Positions 52,449 to 61,361 of a stretch of 64,000 bases of DNA are shown here, piece by piece. Source of the DNA: a virus; the IMG/VR virus record IMGVR_UViG_3300021403_000005. One strand, 5' to 3'. The notes beneath the pieces were generated by a model, which was not told where the DNA came from, made no database searches, and saw nothing but the letters and a program-made list of their open reading frames with translations. Positions within the stretch are counted from its first letter, which is position 1; each line of letters begins with the position of its first letter. A program made the position numbers and the translations under genes.

Positions 52449-52882
52449 AACGCATCATCCGCCCGATTGTCGAAGGCCAGATTCGCGGGTTCCTCAAGGA
52501 ACATCCGGTGATCGTGAACGCAGTTGACTGGTATAAGCCGCGCCGGGACAAGGCGACGACCTTTACCAATTCACTAGCCAAACGTATTGTTCGGGACCTG
52601 ACGTGTGGAACGCAAGCTGCACGTCTGAGAGCGGCGCTCTTGGAATGTAGTGCTGAGGCGCCGTCTAAGTCGCCCCTGGAATTCCTGGCTGGCGGCGACG
52701 GGAGGCTTGGCACGTCACTTGAACCTCCTGGCGGGGTGTCTGGTAACGCGACTGGACACCCCACTAATCCAAGACTTGGCGGCTACACCGCTCAAGAATA
52801 CGCTGCGAAAGCTTTCCCAAAAGATCAATGGCCAAAGCTTTTTCAATCCGCTCACCCTCTACAGGCGATCACTGATGGGTAG
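52412..52882 (+). CDS. Hypothetical protein
   Basis: ORF track; LERIIRPIVEGQIRGFLKEHP...NSLAKRIVRDL. Confidence 0.55.
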   Translation: MDCNMEEKANKLERIIRPIVEGQIRGFLKEHPVIVNAVDWYKPRRDKATTFTNSLAKRIVRDLTCGTQAARLRAALLECSAEAPSKSPLEFLAGGDGRLGTSLEPPGGVSGNATGHPTNPRLGGYTAQEYAAKAFPKDQWPKLFQSAHPLQAITDG

Positions 52883-53036
52883 GCCAGCATTCTATTGTTG
52901 CAAAACTCTCCTGGGAGGCACCCCGGACGTGAATCGCCTCACGATCCTACAGACCTGTGGTTCGATACCCTGGACGAAGATTCCAGAACCCCGGTTGCAC
53001 TCCTCTGGTACAACGTAGCTAGGACACTGAGCTTCC

Positions 53037-53237
53037 TCAGACTCGATCTGAAGGAACTATCTCCTTGAGTCCGTGGAGGTTTTGTAGTATTTTGATCTCT
53101 GCTTGAAGCTCCTCAATTTCATCCACAGCAAGACGTAGCCAAAAGCAGGTAGGACACAAAAATCGCTCCGCACACCCCACCTGCCCACAAGGAACCCTCT
53201 CCCTCAACTTCTTCACTACATCCATGCCTACATTCAT
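53037..53237 (-). CDS. Small Cys-containing hypothetical protein
   Basis: CGQVGC...CPTC...AVDEIEELQ. Confidence 0.55.
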   Translation of the reverse strand: MNVGMDVVKKLRERVPCGQVGCAERFLCPTCFWLRLAVDEIEELQAEIKILQNLHGLKEIVPSDRV

Positions 53238-53240
53238 CTT

Positions 53241-53483
53241 TCACCCAATTTTCTTTGTAGATTTTTTAGCCCGGTAGGCTCTCATATAGACCCGCTGGTA
53301 AGCTGTCTTGTCAAAGGTCTTGAGAACCGGCTTAACGATGACAGGTCCCTCAGTGGCCTCCCTTACCCTATTGTCCACGATTCTGGCCTTTAGCTCCTCA
53401 CAGGCTTCTAGAACCAGGGGGTGTCTAGGAAACGTCCGAAGGAGCCTGTCTACAATCTGCATCGCTTCAGTGTTAGATTTCAT
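53241..53483 (-). CDS. Small basic hypothetical protein
   Basis: FDKTAYQRVYMRAYRAKK; TTGACA 31-36 nt upstream within an actctaac/gttagagt inverted-repeat region. Confidence 0.6.
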   Translation of the reverse strand: MKSNTEAMQIVDRLLRTFPRHPLVLEACEELKARIVDNRVREATEGPVIVKPVLKTFDKTAYQRVYMRAYRAKKSTKKIG

Positions 53484-53791
53484 ACTCTAACAGTTAGACT
53501 GCGTTAGAGTCCTTGTCAATCTGCTTTTCTATATTTTTTTGACCGTAAGCCTGGATACACAGGGTAAAAATCGTCAGCACCATCGCGCAAATCCGCTCCT
53601 ACGCGTCTAGTACGGCTCCCCTTTAGGGTACAAAGCATGAACGTTCTCGATCTGTACTCGATTCGTTCCTAGCTGCTTAGCTAGAATATAGCTCGGACTT
53701 GTCAATGACTTAGCTTAAGTAAGCTAACCAATGTGATGTTGAGCTTGGCAATGGTGGCTACTCAAGACTAGGGCGCGCAAGGACAAACAGC

Positions 53792-53953
53792 CTATTCTGA
53801 CTCTATCGAGTCAGCCGATATTAAACCCGATAATCCAAGAGCCAAGGCGTAAGCCTTGACCCAATCCTCGTCCAAGTAGGACGATTGATCCATAGATTCC
53901 AGCAGCTTGAATAAGCTGCGGTAGTCGATGTATTGCACCGGCTTATAATCCAT
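53792..53953 (-). CDS. Unlisted 53-aa hypothetical protein
   Basis: Hand translation: MDYKPVQYIDYRSLFKLLESMDQSSYLDEDWVKAYALALGLSGLISADSIESE; start overlaps the end of 53943..54128. Confidence 0.4.
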   Translation of the reverse strand: MDYKPVQYIDYRSLFKLLESMDQSSYLDEDWVKAYALALGLSGLISADSIESE

Positions 53954-54128
53954 CGGTAGACCTTGAAACGATTGGATAACGCTGCTTGAACTCCATGACT
54001 ATGGAGTTGACTCGACGTTGGGTTTGGCGGTGGCAGTTGATGATGGCGCGCTCGTATTCAGTGAGCGGCCCTGGCGGATATGGAATCGGCTGCATCCATG
54101 ATGGCAGGTCTGGATACTCAAACGCCAT
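53943..54128 (-). CDS. Small hypothetical protein
   Basis: AGGAG RBS 9 nt before ATG. Confidence 0.55.
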   Translation of the reverse strand: MAFEYPDLPSWMQPIPYPPGPLTEYERAIINCHRQTQRRVNSIVMEFKQRYPIVSRSTDGL

Positions 54129-54241
54129 GCGCGCGATCTCCTATCTTCCAACCCTCTTTCCCCTTGCCAGAACAAACCACGAAAACCGCTGCGGCACAAG
54201 GAAAACCTTAAGGAAAGGATCACTCTATCAATCTACGTCTA

Positions 54242-54293
54242 TCTTAAAGAAAGACCCTACGCTTCGCTCACTTTGTGAGGTCTTTCTTTAAGA
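54242..54293 (+). promoter_or_regulatory. Long intergenic hairpin H1
   Basis: Perfect 15-bp tcttaaagaaagacc/ggtctttctttaaga with an asymmetric bulge and an inner tcac-ttt-gtga stem. Confidence 0.7.
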
Positions 54294-54324
54294 CAGACTT
54301 CGATGCCAACACCGGAGAAACCCA

Positions 54325-54759
54325 ATGACCGCAATCAAGTCCGACGATCTTGCCAAGCTCGCTACGCTGCTCTCGAAGCTCGTTGCGAATACAGCGCCGA
54401 AGGCTGCGAAGCAGCCGGTGAAAGCCACGCCGCAATTCAAGCGTTCCATCGACGGTGGCTTGACCGAACGCCAAATCAAGAACGATAGCGCCGTTATTCG
54501 AGCTTTCAAGAAGCTCGGATTGACTGTGAAGCCGCGAATTGACGTGATGACCTACAACATGTGGCTCAAGCAGGGACGCAAGGTTCGTCCCGGTCAAAAG
54601 GCGAAAGCCTTTGTAAAGGGCGTAGGATCGCTGTTCACAGTCGATCAGACCGATACCTACAGTGTGCCGAAAAGCGAACTGGCGGCGCTCGCTGCGTCTG
54701 TGGCACACATTCCGGCGAACAACGTCGCTCTTGATGCCGAATACGGTCCTGTTGCGTAA
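54325..54759 (+). CDS. ArdC-N-like ssDNA-binding mini-protein, paralog 1
   Basis: ND.A...AF..LG...KPR.DVMTYNMWLKQGRKVRPGQKA...LFTVDQT. Confidence 0.55.
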   Translation: MTAIKSDDLAKLATLLSKLVANTAPKAAKQPVKATPQFKRSIDGGLTERQIKNDSAVIRAFKKLGLTVKPRIDVMTYNMWLKQGRKVRPGQKAKAFVKGVGSLFTVDQTDTYSVPKSELAALAASVAHIPANNVALDAEYGPVA

Positions 54760-54773
54760 ATACCACACCGAAC

Positions 54774-54814
54774 GTCCTTTCCTGCCTCTCTCTTGTGAGA
54801 GGCAGGATAAGGAC
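54774..54814 (+). promoter_or_regulatory. Long intergenic hairpin H2
   Basis: gtcctt/aaggac plus tcctgcctctc/gagaggcagga with a one-base bulge; loop tcttgt. Confidence 0.65.
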
Positions 54815-54833
54815 ACACCCACGGAGAACTGCG

Positions 54834-55094
54834 ATGGTCGTGAATAAGCGCAATCACAAGCCAACGTCGAATGACGTGTATATCGGCCGCCCAAGCAAAT
54901 GGGGCAATCCGTTCGTGATCGGCAAGGATGGCTCGCGTGATGACGTGATTCGCAAGTATGCGAGCTATTTAGCTGGTCAGCCCAAGTTGCTGGCCGCAAT
55001 TCCAGAATTGAAGGGCAAAACGCTCGTTTGCTTCTGCAAGCCCTTGGCTTGCCACGGCGACGTTTTAGCCGCGCTATGTGAGGCAATCCCATGA
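54834..55094 (+). CDS. DUF4326-family protein
   Basis: DVYIGRPSKWGNPF.IG.DGSRDDVIRKY, LKGKTLVCFCKP.ACHGDVL. Confidence 0.9.
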   Translation: MVVNKRNHKPTSNDVYIGRPSKWGNPFVIGKDGSRDDVIRKYASYLAGQPKLLAAIPELKGKTLVCFCKPLACHGDVLAALCEAIP

Positions 55095-55229
55095 GTGAAC
55101 TCGCATCAGCCATAGCTGGCTACGTTGCTGGTGGCGCCGTCACTTTCGTCGCCATCAGCATCATCATCCTTTGGATGATGTTTTGCTAGTGAAATCAGCG
55201 GCTTCGCCCGCAATTCACAGGAGAAAATC

Positions 55230-55454
55230 ATGGATGCGGTTGAATTAACTGCTGATCCAGATCGTGTTGCCAATACGATGGATACCGGCATCTACGTTCG
55301 CGCTAAAAGCGTCGCTGGCGTATGGGCTAGCTTCGACATTGCCGAACTCGATGCCCCAAGCCTCTTGGCTTGGTTGCGATCTCGCGGCGGCGAGAATCCG
55401 TGGGCGGAAAACTGCGTCGCCACGCTTCTCGGCCATGACAACCCTATAGCCTAA
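55230..55454 (+). CDS. Small hypothetical protein
   Basis: CAGGAGA RBS; DIAELDAPSLLAWLRSRGGENPWAE. Confidence 0.7.
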   Translation: MDAVELTADPDRVANTMDTGIYVRAKSVAGVWASFDIAELDAPSLLAWLRSRGGENPWAENCVATLLGHDNPIA

Positions 55455-55468
55455 AACACCGCCAAACC

Positions 55469-55512
55469 CCTCCTATTCTTGTTCTGTTCTCTTCGAGAAC
55501 AAGAATAGGAGG
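55469..55512 (+). promoter_or_regulatory. Long intergenic hairpin H3
   Basis: Perfect 17-bp cctcctattcttgttct/agaacaagaataggagg; centre contains TTCTCTTCGAGAA. Confidence 0.7.
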
Positions 55513-55552
55513 AAGCTGTAGTAGTGCCCTCTCAACACGGAGAAAAACGACC

Positions 55553-55819
55553 ATGAGCCACGAAGATATTATCGAGTTGATGATCGAAGAACTCGAACCA
55601 ATGTACGACGCTCTTGAGAACTGTCGTCGCGTCGATGCGTTGATTGAGTACGACGAGGAAATGATTATCCTCGAATATGCCATAAATCCACCGGATATGT
55701 ATGCTGAACCCGATGTGGATGAGGAAAATCCTTGGGTTGGGCGCTATATCCCAAGTCGTAGACAAATCGAATTGGAGCGCGAAGCTGATCGCATCCTAGG
55801 CTTGAAGAAAGCCGCGTAA
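55553..55819 (+). CDS. Small acidic hypothetical protein
   Basis: CACGGAGAA RBS. Confidence 0.65.
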   Translation: MSHEDIIELMIEELEPMYDALENCRRVDALIEYDEEMIILEYAINPPDMYAEPDVDEENPWVGRYIPSRRQIELEREADRILGLKKAA

Positions 55820-55921
55820 TTCATCGGGGGAGAGCAAGTAGGCTGCTGCGGAATAACGCGTATTCGTATGCACCCCAGTTGTCCGATGCCCCCACCTATA
55901 CCATAAATCACGGAGAAAATC

Positions 55922-56119
55922 ATGAGCGCGAGAACTGCCGCAAGGCGTCGTAGGCAAGCTGTCGGAGGCTATCGCCACCTTGCCAAGATTGGTCGCGGTA
56001 ACAATAACCGGCCGATTTACCACAAGAAAAGCGAGTCCAAACTGACGCAGCACGAGCAAAGGCTGCGCGAGCGCCAGAAGGCCATGCAGATGCGTATGGC
56101 ATTCCGTAAGAAGCGATAA
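55922..56119 (+). CDS. Small basic hypothetical protein
   Basis: CACGGAGAA RBS; R/K-rich. Confidence 0.6.
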   Translation: MSARTAARRRRQAVGGYRHLAKIGRGNNNRPIYHKKSESKLTQHEQRLRERQKAMQMRMAFRKKR

Positions 56120-56162
56120 ACATCAAACCGCTGGCTAAATATAAGCTGGCAGGAGGGATTGC

Positions 56163-56360
56163 ATGAGAAACTATGTTCTCGAAGCTATCCGTGGATTTCT
56201 GCGTGATCCGCCGGATGGTGATTATCAGCGTGGTTATTTAGCTGCGCTGGTTACGGTTTACATCGAATCGGAAGATGTTGCTGCCATCCCGCCGGAAGTG
56301 CAGCAGGCCCAAGATTTGCTTGGGCTACCAGCATATTGGACCGATGCCGACCCAATGTAA
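56163..56360 (+). CDS. Small hypothetical protein
   Basis: AGGAGG RBS; GFL.DPPD.DYQRGYLAAL. Confidence 0.7.
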   Translation: MRNYVLEAIRGFLRDPPDGDYQRGYLAALVTVYIESEDVAAIPPEVQQAQDLLGLPAYWTDADPM

Positions 56361-56582
56361 ATCAATTCACCGCACCCGTCGGCGGCTCGCCTATGTCTGT
56401 GGGCGAGTCGCCTAATGGAGGGATTAATGGCAACAGCCAAAGAAATAGTTGCGGTAGCAACATCAGATGCAAGTTTTGATGGTCGAACCTACAGCGCCTT
56501 ATCGCGAATGGACAGAGAGCGTTATTGTGCGCGAGCTAGGCTCGGACTCGAAATCATCGACACAATGCGCGCCAAAAGCGGC

Positions 56583-57143
56583 TTAGTTAACAGCGCCAGT
56601 GGGCGGTTCTCCAATATCAAAATCGCTGTCAGCGATTCGCTCCATCTGCTCCTGAGCTATCGTTTTAGGCTCAGGCGCTTCAATGCCAAATGCTTTAGCA
56701 AGAGCTAACGCTACATCAGCGCCAGCCTCTTGCCCTACTCGTTCGAGAATATCAGAGATATTCTCCATTTGCTCGATTTCACTTGGTTCATTAACAATGC
56801 GATCTTTCAATAATCCAACTAATTTAGCTTGGGCAGTTGCAGCATTAACAATGCTGTCAGGCTTGCCATCGCTCTTGGCTATATCGAGCGCGTATTGGTA
56901 ATCGCTGAGAATCTTCTCGATGGTAATATCGGATTTCTTCTGCATGGCGACGCGAATCTCCTCGATTCTCTTGGGCACCTCAGGATATAGATTCAATAGC
57001 TGCCAGCCCATAGTCTTGGCTACATTCGGACGCAACCGTGTGCCATCTGGATCGTACACAGCCTCATAGGCTTGGCGCCGATTGCCAGTCTTGATGAACT
57101 CATAACAGAAACGCTCGTGGCGTATGTTGCGCAAACGGGGCAT
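56583..57143 (-). CDS. terS: Terminase small subunit
   Basis: RHERFCYEFIKTGNRRQAYEAVY (HTH), PEV..RIEEIR, ITIEKIL.DY..A...A......A..AQAKLVGL. Confidence 0.8.
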   Translation of the reverse strand: MPRLRNIRHERFCYEFIKTGNRRQAYEAVYDPDGTRLRPNVAKTMGWQLLNLYPEVPKRIEEIRVAMQKKSDITIEKILSDYQYALDIAKSDGKPDSIVNAATAQAKLVGLLKDRIVNEPSEIEQMENISDILERVGQEAGADVALALAKAFGIEAPEPKTIAQEQMERIADSDFDIGEPPTGAVN

Positions 57144-57179
57144 CTTGTTGATACAATAGCACAAACAACGGAGAGATCA

Positions 57180-57488
57180 ATGAGTGAAACTAAAGTTAAG
57201 TGGAAACGCATTTCTAACTGCCTGCAAGCTGATGGTGATGGTTTTACCATCAGTTACAAGGAGGACGATGAAAACTCTGAGTTCGGTAAGATCGCTACGC
57301 AGCTTGGTGTTAAAAACCCATTCCGTGGCGATACGCCTCAAGAAACCGCGCTCATCAAGGATGGCAACTATTACATCCTCAACGGCGATTGGCGCAAGGA
57401 ATACGAGCCTTTAATCCCTCAAGGATTTGAGGCTTGTAAGGCGCTCTTTGATGAGAATCAGCACGCCAGATCGTCCTGGTCCAACTAG
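57180..57488 (+). CDS. Hypothetical protein
   Basis: GGAGAG RBS; ETALIKDGNYYILNGDWRKEYE.LIPQGFEAC..LF. Confidence 0.7.
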   Translation: MSETKVKWKRISNCLQADGDGFTISYKEDDENSEFGKIATQLGVKNPFRGDTPQETALIKDGNYYILNGDWRKEYEPLIPQGFEACKALFDENQHARSSWSN

Positions 57489-57590
57489 ATTCCTAAAGCC
57501 GCTGGAAAACTGATCTTGTCTGTCCGTCCTCTTCGAGGACAGACAAGATCAAGAGCCTCGACAACCCCCACCACAACGCGGAGCAGGACC

Positions 57591-57965
57591 ATGACGGAAA
57601 TCCAACAGTTGATCGCCGCCCTCTCTCAGATGGGCATTGGCAAGCCTCAGAAGGCCAAGAGTGGCCGCAAAGTGAAGGCCAAGGGTCGCGGTCGCCAGAA
57701 GCTCACCGACGCCGAGAAGGCCGTCTTTATGGCAAAGAACGATGCTGCCTGCGTCGAGACTTTCACAGCAGCGGGCTATAAGGACGTGAGGCCGCGAGAA
57801 ACCGTTTTAACTTACGATAAATGGGTTCTCCAGGGCCGTTTGGTCAAAAAGGGTGAAAAGTCCTTACGGGTTGGACCTTTTAACCTCTTCCACATCGACC
57901 AAACCTCGGCTATCCCGCCAAGCGCTGCTGCGGCTTCGGCGCCAACCACCGAGACTGTGCAGTAA
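57591..57965 (+). CDS. ArdC-N-like ssDNA-binding mini-protein, paralog 2
   Basis: ND.A...TF...G..DVRPRETVLTYDKWVLQGRLVKKGEKS...LFHIDQT. Confidence 0.55.
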   Translation: MTEIQQLIAALSQMGIGKPQKAKSGRKVKAKGRGRQKLTDAEKAVFMAKNDAACVETFTAAGYKDVRPRETVLTYDKWVLQGRLVKKGEKSLRVGPFNLFHIDQTSAIPPSAAAASAPTTETVQ

Positions 57966-57988
57966 TTATACCGCACTGTAGCGACAAT

Positions 57989-58020
57989 GCCCAGGAGATT
58001 AAACCCTCCTGGGCTTTTTA
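57989..58020 (+). terminator. Rho-independent terminator
   Basis: gcccaggag-attaaacc-ctcctgggc followed by a T run. Confidence 0.8.
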
Positions 58021-58048
58021 TTAGTTAATTTAACCACGGAGAACTGCA

Positions 58049-58327
58049 ATGGGACTATTTATGCACGATGACGGAAGGCCATCGCCATTCCGTCGCGATA
58101 TTGAGCGCCTCGTGAATAATGGCGCTATCTTCACTGGTCTTAGTGAGGACGAAAAGCAGCAAGCGATTGTGGAAATCGACAGGCTGCTGGCGCGCGAGAT
58201 CACCATCGGAATCGCAACCTGGGGCGATTGGTGGACCTCGAAAGCGGAAGCTGACCGTAAACTGGCGCTAATGGCTATCAAAAGCGAGGCTATAAAAGCT
58301 TTCGATGAGCTTGGCTACAAGCACTAA
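58049..58327 (+). CDS. Hypothetical protein
   Basis: CACGGAGAA RBS. Confidence 0.65.
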   Translation: MGLFMHDDGRPSPFRRDIERLVNNGAIFTGLSEDEKQQAIVEIDRLLAREITIGIATWGDWWTSKAEADRKLALMAIKSEAIKAFDELGYKH

Positions 58328-58336
58328 GGGGGCATC

Positions 58337-58591
58337 ATGCGCAGAATACGCAGGGGTCTTAAGCGCCTATGGCGTATGAGTGATCCCTATTATGCAGCTA
58401 AGGATGATGGGTTGGTGGGATGGGCACCAGAAAGACGCTTAACTCCCGCCGAAGCTCATTCAATGGCACAGCGGACCGTTGAGTACCCAGACGAATTCAA
58501 TCGGCCCCATTATCAGAACGACCCATCATACGATTGGGTTGCTGAGACGAGACGAGCGAAAATGGAGAAAGCAAATGGCAAAACTGCTTAG
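58337..58591 (+). CDS. Hypothetical protein
   Basis: AAGGGG RBS; ORF track. Confidence 0.5.
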   Translation: MRRIRRGLKRLWRMSDPYYAAKDDGLVGWAPERRLTPAEAHSMAQRTVEYPDEFNRPHYQNDPSYDWVAETRRAKMEKANGKTA

Positions 58592-58889
58592 TACACCGTA
58601 TCCAGGTGATTGGGATTGGCATGAAGGCGACGACTTTAACGCCTATCATGAGAAAACCACCAAGATGCTCGACGCTATCGAGCAGAAAATCTATTTCCCG
58701 GTGGGCGATGGTAAAGCAATTTACGCTGTTGTGAGTGTTTCGCCGCCGGTTCTGCAATGGGTCCCATTCGGTGACAAGTATCAGATTGATTATGCTCACA
58801 TTCGCGGGCTGCGCGCAAGAGACATTCAGGAAGTGCTCGACCGAGATAGATATTACCGAGAATCCGCATTGGAAAGGCGGCGAAGCTAA
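58575..58889 (+). CDS. Hypothetical protein
   Basis: GGAG RBS before ATG 58575; IYFPVGDGKAIYAVVS.SPPVLQWVPFGDKY. Confidence 0.7.
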   Translation: MAKLLSTPYPGDWDWHEGDDFNAYHEKTTKMLDAIEQKIYFPVGDGKAIYAVVSVSPPVLQWVPFGDKYQIDYAHIRGLRARDIQEVLDRDRYYRESALERRRS

Positions 58890-58904
58890 ATAATGCCGCT
58901 CCAC

Positions 58905-58947
58905 CATCCCCTTCTTCTTCCTTCTCTTCGAGAAGAAGAAGGGGATG
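58905..58947 (+). promoter_or_regulatory. Long intergenic hairpin H4
   Basis: Perfect 16-bp catccccttcttcttc/gaagaagaaggggatg; centre contains TTCTCTTCGAGAA. Confidence 0.7.
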
Positions 58948-58986
58948 TAGTGCCCCGCTTCGCTCCCCGCATTTTGGAGTGACCGG

Positions 58987-59256
58987 ATGCCAAAGAAAAT
59001 TACCGACAAGAGCCACAGTGTAAGGGCGACAGAATTTCTCACCGCAGATGAAATCAAAAAGGCGATCAAGCTATACAGAATCGCCAACGGCTCATTTCAT
59101 CAGCGCTGCATGGACGAAATTATAAAGCCTGTGATTACGAGGATCAACAAGGCTTTAGGACAAGAAAGCGATCCTCGTTGGCTCGCCTATGCAGTCGAGT
59201 TCTTCTGCATGAAGGGCGGCAATAAAATCAACACGGAGAAAGACCATGAGAAATAA
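58987..59256 (+). CDS. Hypothetical protein
   Basis: GGAG RBS; IIKPVITRINKALGQESDPRWLAYAVE. Confidence 0.7.
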   Translation: MPKKITDKSHSVRATEFLTADEIKKAIKLYRIANGSFHQRCMDEIIKPVITRINKALGQESDPRWLAYAVEFFCMKGGNKINTEKDHEK

Positions 59257-59794
59257 TGAGCCTCGTTACGATCCCAATGACTTCGATCAGCAAGTCGCTG
59301 AGGCAGTCTCGCGAACTCTGCAAAAGGCACACATAGATTTTATCGCCCAAACGGGCAACCGCTCCAAAGCACGAGCGATGCAGATGGTAAGCACCGGATG
59401 CGTTGCTGCAATCCAAGCCTTGGCGCTGATCTGTGGCGGCTGCTCTGATTGCGATGAAACTGGGCATCACAATGATCGTAATCCCACTCCGGATCAGATG
59501 GTGGAGGTCGGCCGCAGACACATGAATCCCACATCGTTACTGTTTGCAGCCATTCTGGTCAACAAGATTTGCCCCGAAGGACCAGACGCGAACGGTGCTG
59601 TTGCCTGTGAAATCAGCCCCACAGTGATTGCTGATGCGCTCGATACCACCGAGCGGCTTATCGGTAAGCGTCCTGACGAATTTCTCGACCCGAATATGTG
59701 CAAGCAGGTTCGGGAGTGTATCGAGGAGGGCGGTGTTCCCCTTGCGAAGCTGTTGGAGTCTCGCAAGGCGAGTCCGTCGAAAACCCTGAACTAA
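59246..59794 (+). CDS. Hypothetical protein
   Basis: CACGGAGAA RBS; ORF track. Confidence 0.65.
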   Translation: MRNNEPRYDPNDFDQQVAEAVSRTLQKAHIDFIAQTGNRSKARAMQMVSTGCVAAIQALALICGGCSDCDETGHHNDRNPTPDQMVEVGRRHMNPTSLLFAAILVNKICPEGPDANGAVACEISPTVIADALDTTERLIGKRPDEFLDPNMCKQVRECIEEGGVPLAKLLESRKASPSKTLN

Positions 59795-59885
59795 GAGTTT
59801 TTGGCCTGCTACGGCGTCAGCCCCCCCCAACCCCGACGCCGTAGTGGGGCGAAAATGCCAGAGTTCACAAACACGGAGAAAGTTA

Positions 59886-61361
59886 ATGGCTGAACCGAAA
59901 GTTAACTGGGACAAGCTGGATGTTGGTATTCAGCACGAAGGCCGCGCTATTACGCTGCCCGGTGATCCCGGCAATATGCCGCTTGAGAAAGCGGTGGAGG
60001 CTCTCCAGCGCAAGATCGCTGACGAGAATCAAGCGTTCCAGATTCACGAAATCATCGAGGGTTATCCATTGGATGCTGCGGTGGCTTTCGTGAAGGCTAT
60101 GGCCAAACTCTATGGCTGGGCGTCGCCGGTTGCTACGCCAAGCTTCTTTGGTCCTCGGCCGCCACAGATGATTTCGGTCAAGACCGGGCCGAATGACGAG
60201 GATGTGATCCAGTGCCCTCTCGGTGGCTTTAGGATTCCCGGCGTCGATCAGATGATTCATACTCTGATTGATCGGGGACCAAAAGGCAAGCTGATCTTCA
60301 TCGTCCGCGCTGAGATCAAAAAGAAAGATCGCCATATCCTACTTGAACTCGCCAACGAAGCTCGGCGTTTCGTTCGTGAGGAAAGCATCTACAAGGGTAA
60401 GGCGATTCGGCTGAGTGTCGATGACTGTGGCGATATTGACTTCGGCAACCCGCCGAGCTTCTTGGCTGGACTGGAGGATACCACGGAAGCCTCGCTGATC
60501 TTCGATGCTGAGATTCAGGCTCAGATCGACACCAGCGTACTGGTTCCGCTCAAGTATCCCGAAGAGTGCAGAAAGAACAAGGTGCCGTTTAAGCGCGGTA
60601 TCTTGCTCGAAGGCCCCTATGGCACCGGCAAATCGTTGACGGCCCGCATGGTAGCCAATGTGGCACAGCAGAACGGTGTGACGTTTGTGCTGCTCGATAA
60701 GGTCCAGGGCCTTCAGGCTGGACTGGAGTTCGCGATTCAATACTCCCCGGCGGTCGTGTTTGCCGAGGATATCGACCGGGTGGCCTCCGAGCGTAACGAA
60801 GCGACCAACGATCTCATCAATATCATTGATGGTGTCGTGAGCAAGACCGCCAAGGTCATGACGATCCTGACGACCAATTTCGTAGAAAAGCTCAATCCGG
60901 TAATTCTGCGGCCCGGTCGTTTGGATGCAGTGATTTCACTGCGAGCGCCGACACAAGACGCCGTGGAGAAACTGCTGCGAATGTATGCCGGTAAGTTGTT
61001 GGTGTCCGATACCGATATAAAGGCGGCCTCCAAGGAACTCGCCGGTCAAATTCCTGCCTCAATTCGCGAATGTGTTGAGCGGGCAAAGTTGGGCATGATT
61101 GGACGTGAGGACACGAAATTGTCCGATAGCGATCTGGTCACAGCGGCCAAGACGATGAAGAATCATTTGGCCCTGCTCAATAAGGATAACAAGAAGCAGA
61201 GCAATGCCGAGAAACTTGCTGAGAGCCTCCATGCGGTTGTCAGCAATGATCACGGCAACGACGAGAAGCTTGATGGAATCGAAGGACTGATTCGCCAGAA
61301 TGCATCGCTATGCGATGATATGGACGATGACGTGAAGCGGATCAAGCGCAGCGTTTGCTAA
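59886..61361 (+). CDS. AAA+ ATPase (classic clade) with an N-terminal extension
   Basis: Walker A GPYGTGKS, Walker B VFAEDID, sensor TTN, second region of homology ILRPGRLD. Confidence 0.92.
   Translation: MAEPKVNWDKLDVGIQHEGRAITLPGDPGNMPLEKAVEALQRKIADENQAFQIHEIIEGYPLDAAVAFVKAMAKLYGWASPVATPSFFGPRPPQMISVKTGPNDEDVIQCPLGGFRIPGVDQMIHTLIDRGPKGKLIFIVRAEIKKKDRHILLELANEARRFVREESIYKGKAIRLSVDDCGDIDFGNPPSFLAGLEDTTEASLIFDAEIQAQIDTSVLVPLKYPEECRKNKVPFKRGILLEGPYGTGKSLTARMVANVAQQNGVTFVLLDKVQGLQAGLEFAIQYSPAVVFAEDIDRVASERNEATNDLINIIDGVVSKTAKVMTILTTNFVEKLNPVILRPGRLDAVISLRAPTQDAVEKLLRMYAGKLLVSDTDIKAASKELAGQIPASIRECVERAKLGMIGREDTKLSDSDLVTAAKTMKNHLALLNKDNKKQSNAEKLAESLHAVVSNDHGNDEKLDGIEGLIRQNASLCDDMDDDVKRIKRSVC

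Noticed and set aside
14877-53507. Shared 11-mer gactgcgttag at 14877 and 53497, both near promoters
   Set aside because: The orientation relative to the two promoters differs, and one 11-mer match among many possible pairs is not significant.
59819-59834. C-rich run in the H5 loop as a phase-variable tract
   Set aside because: It is intergenic and lies in a hairpin loop; no reading frame or promoter spacer depends on its length.
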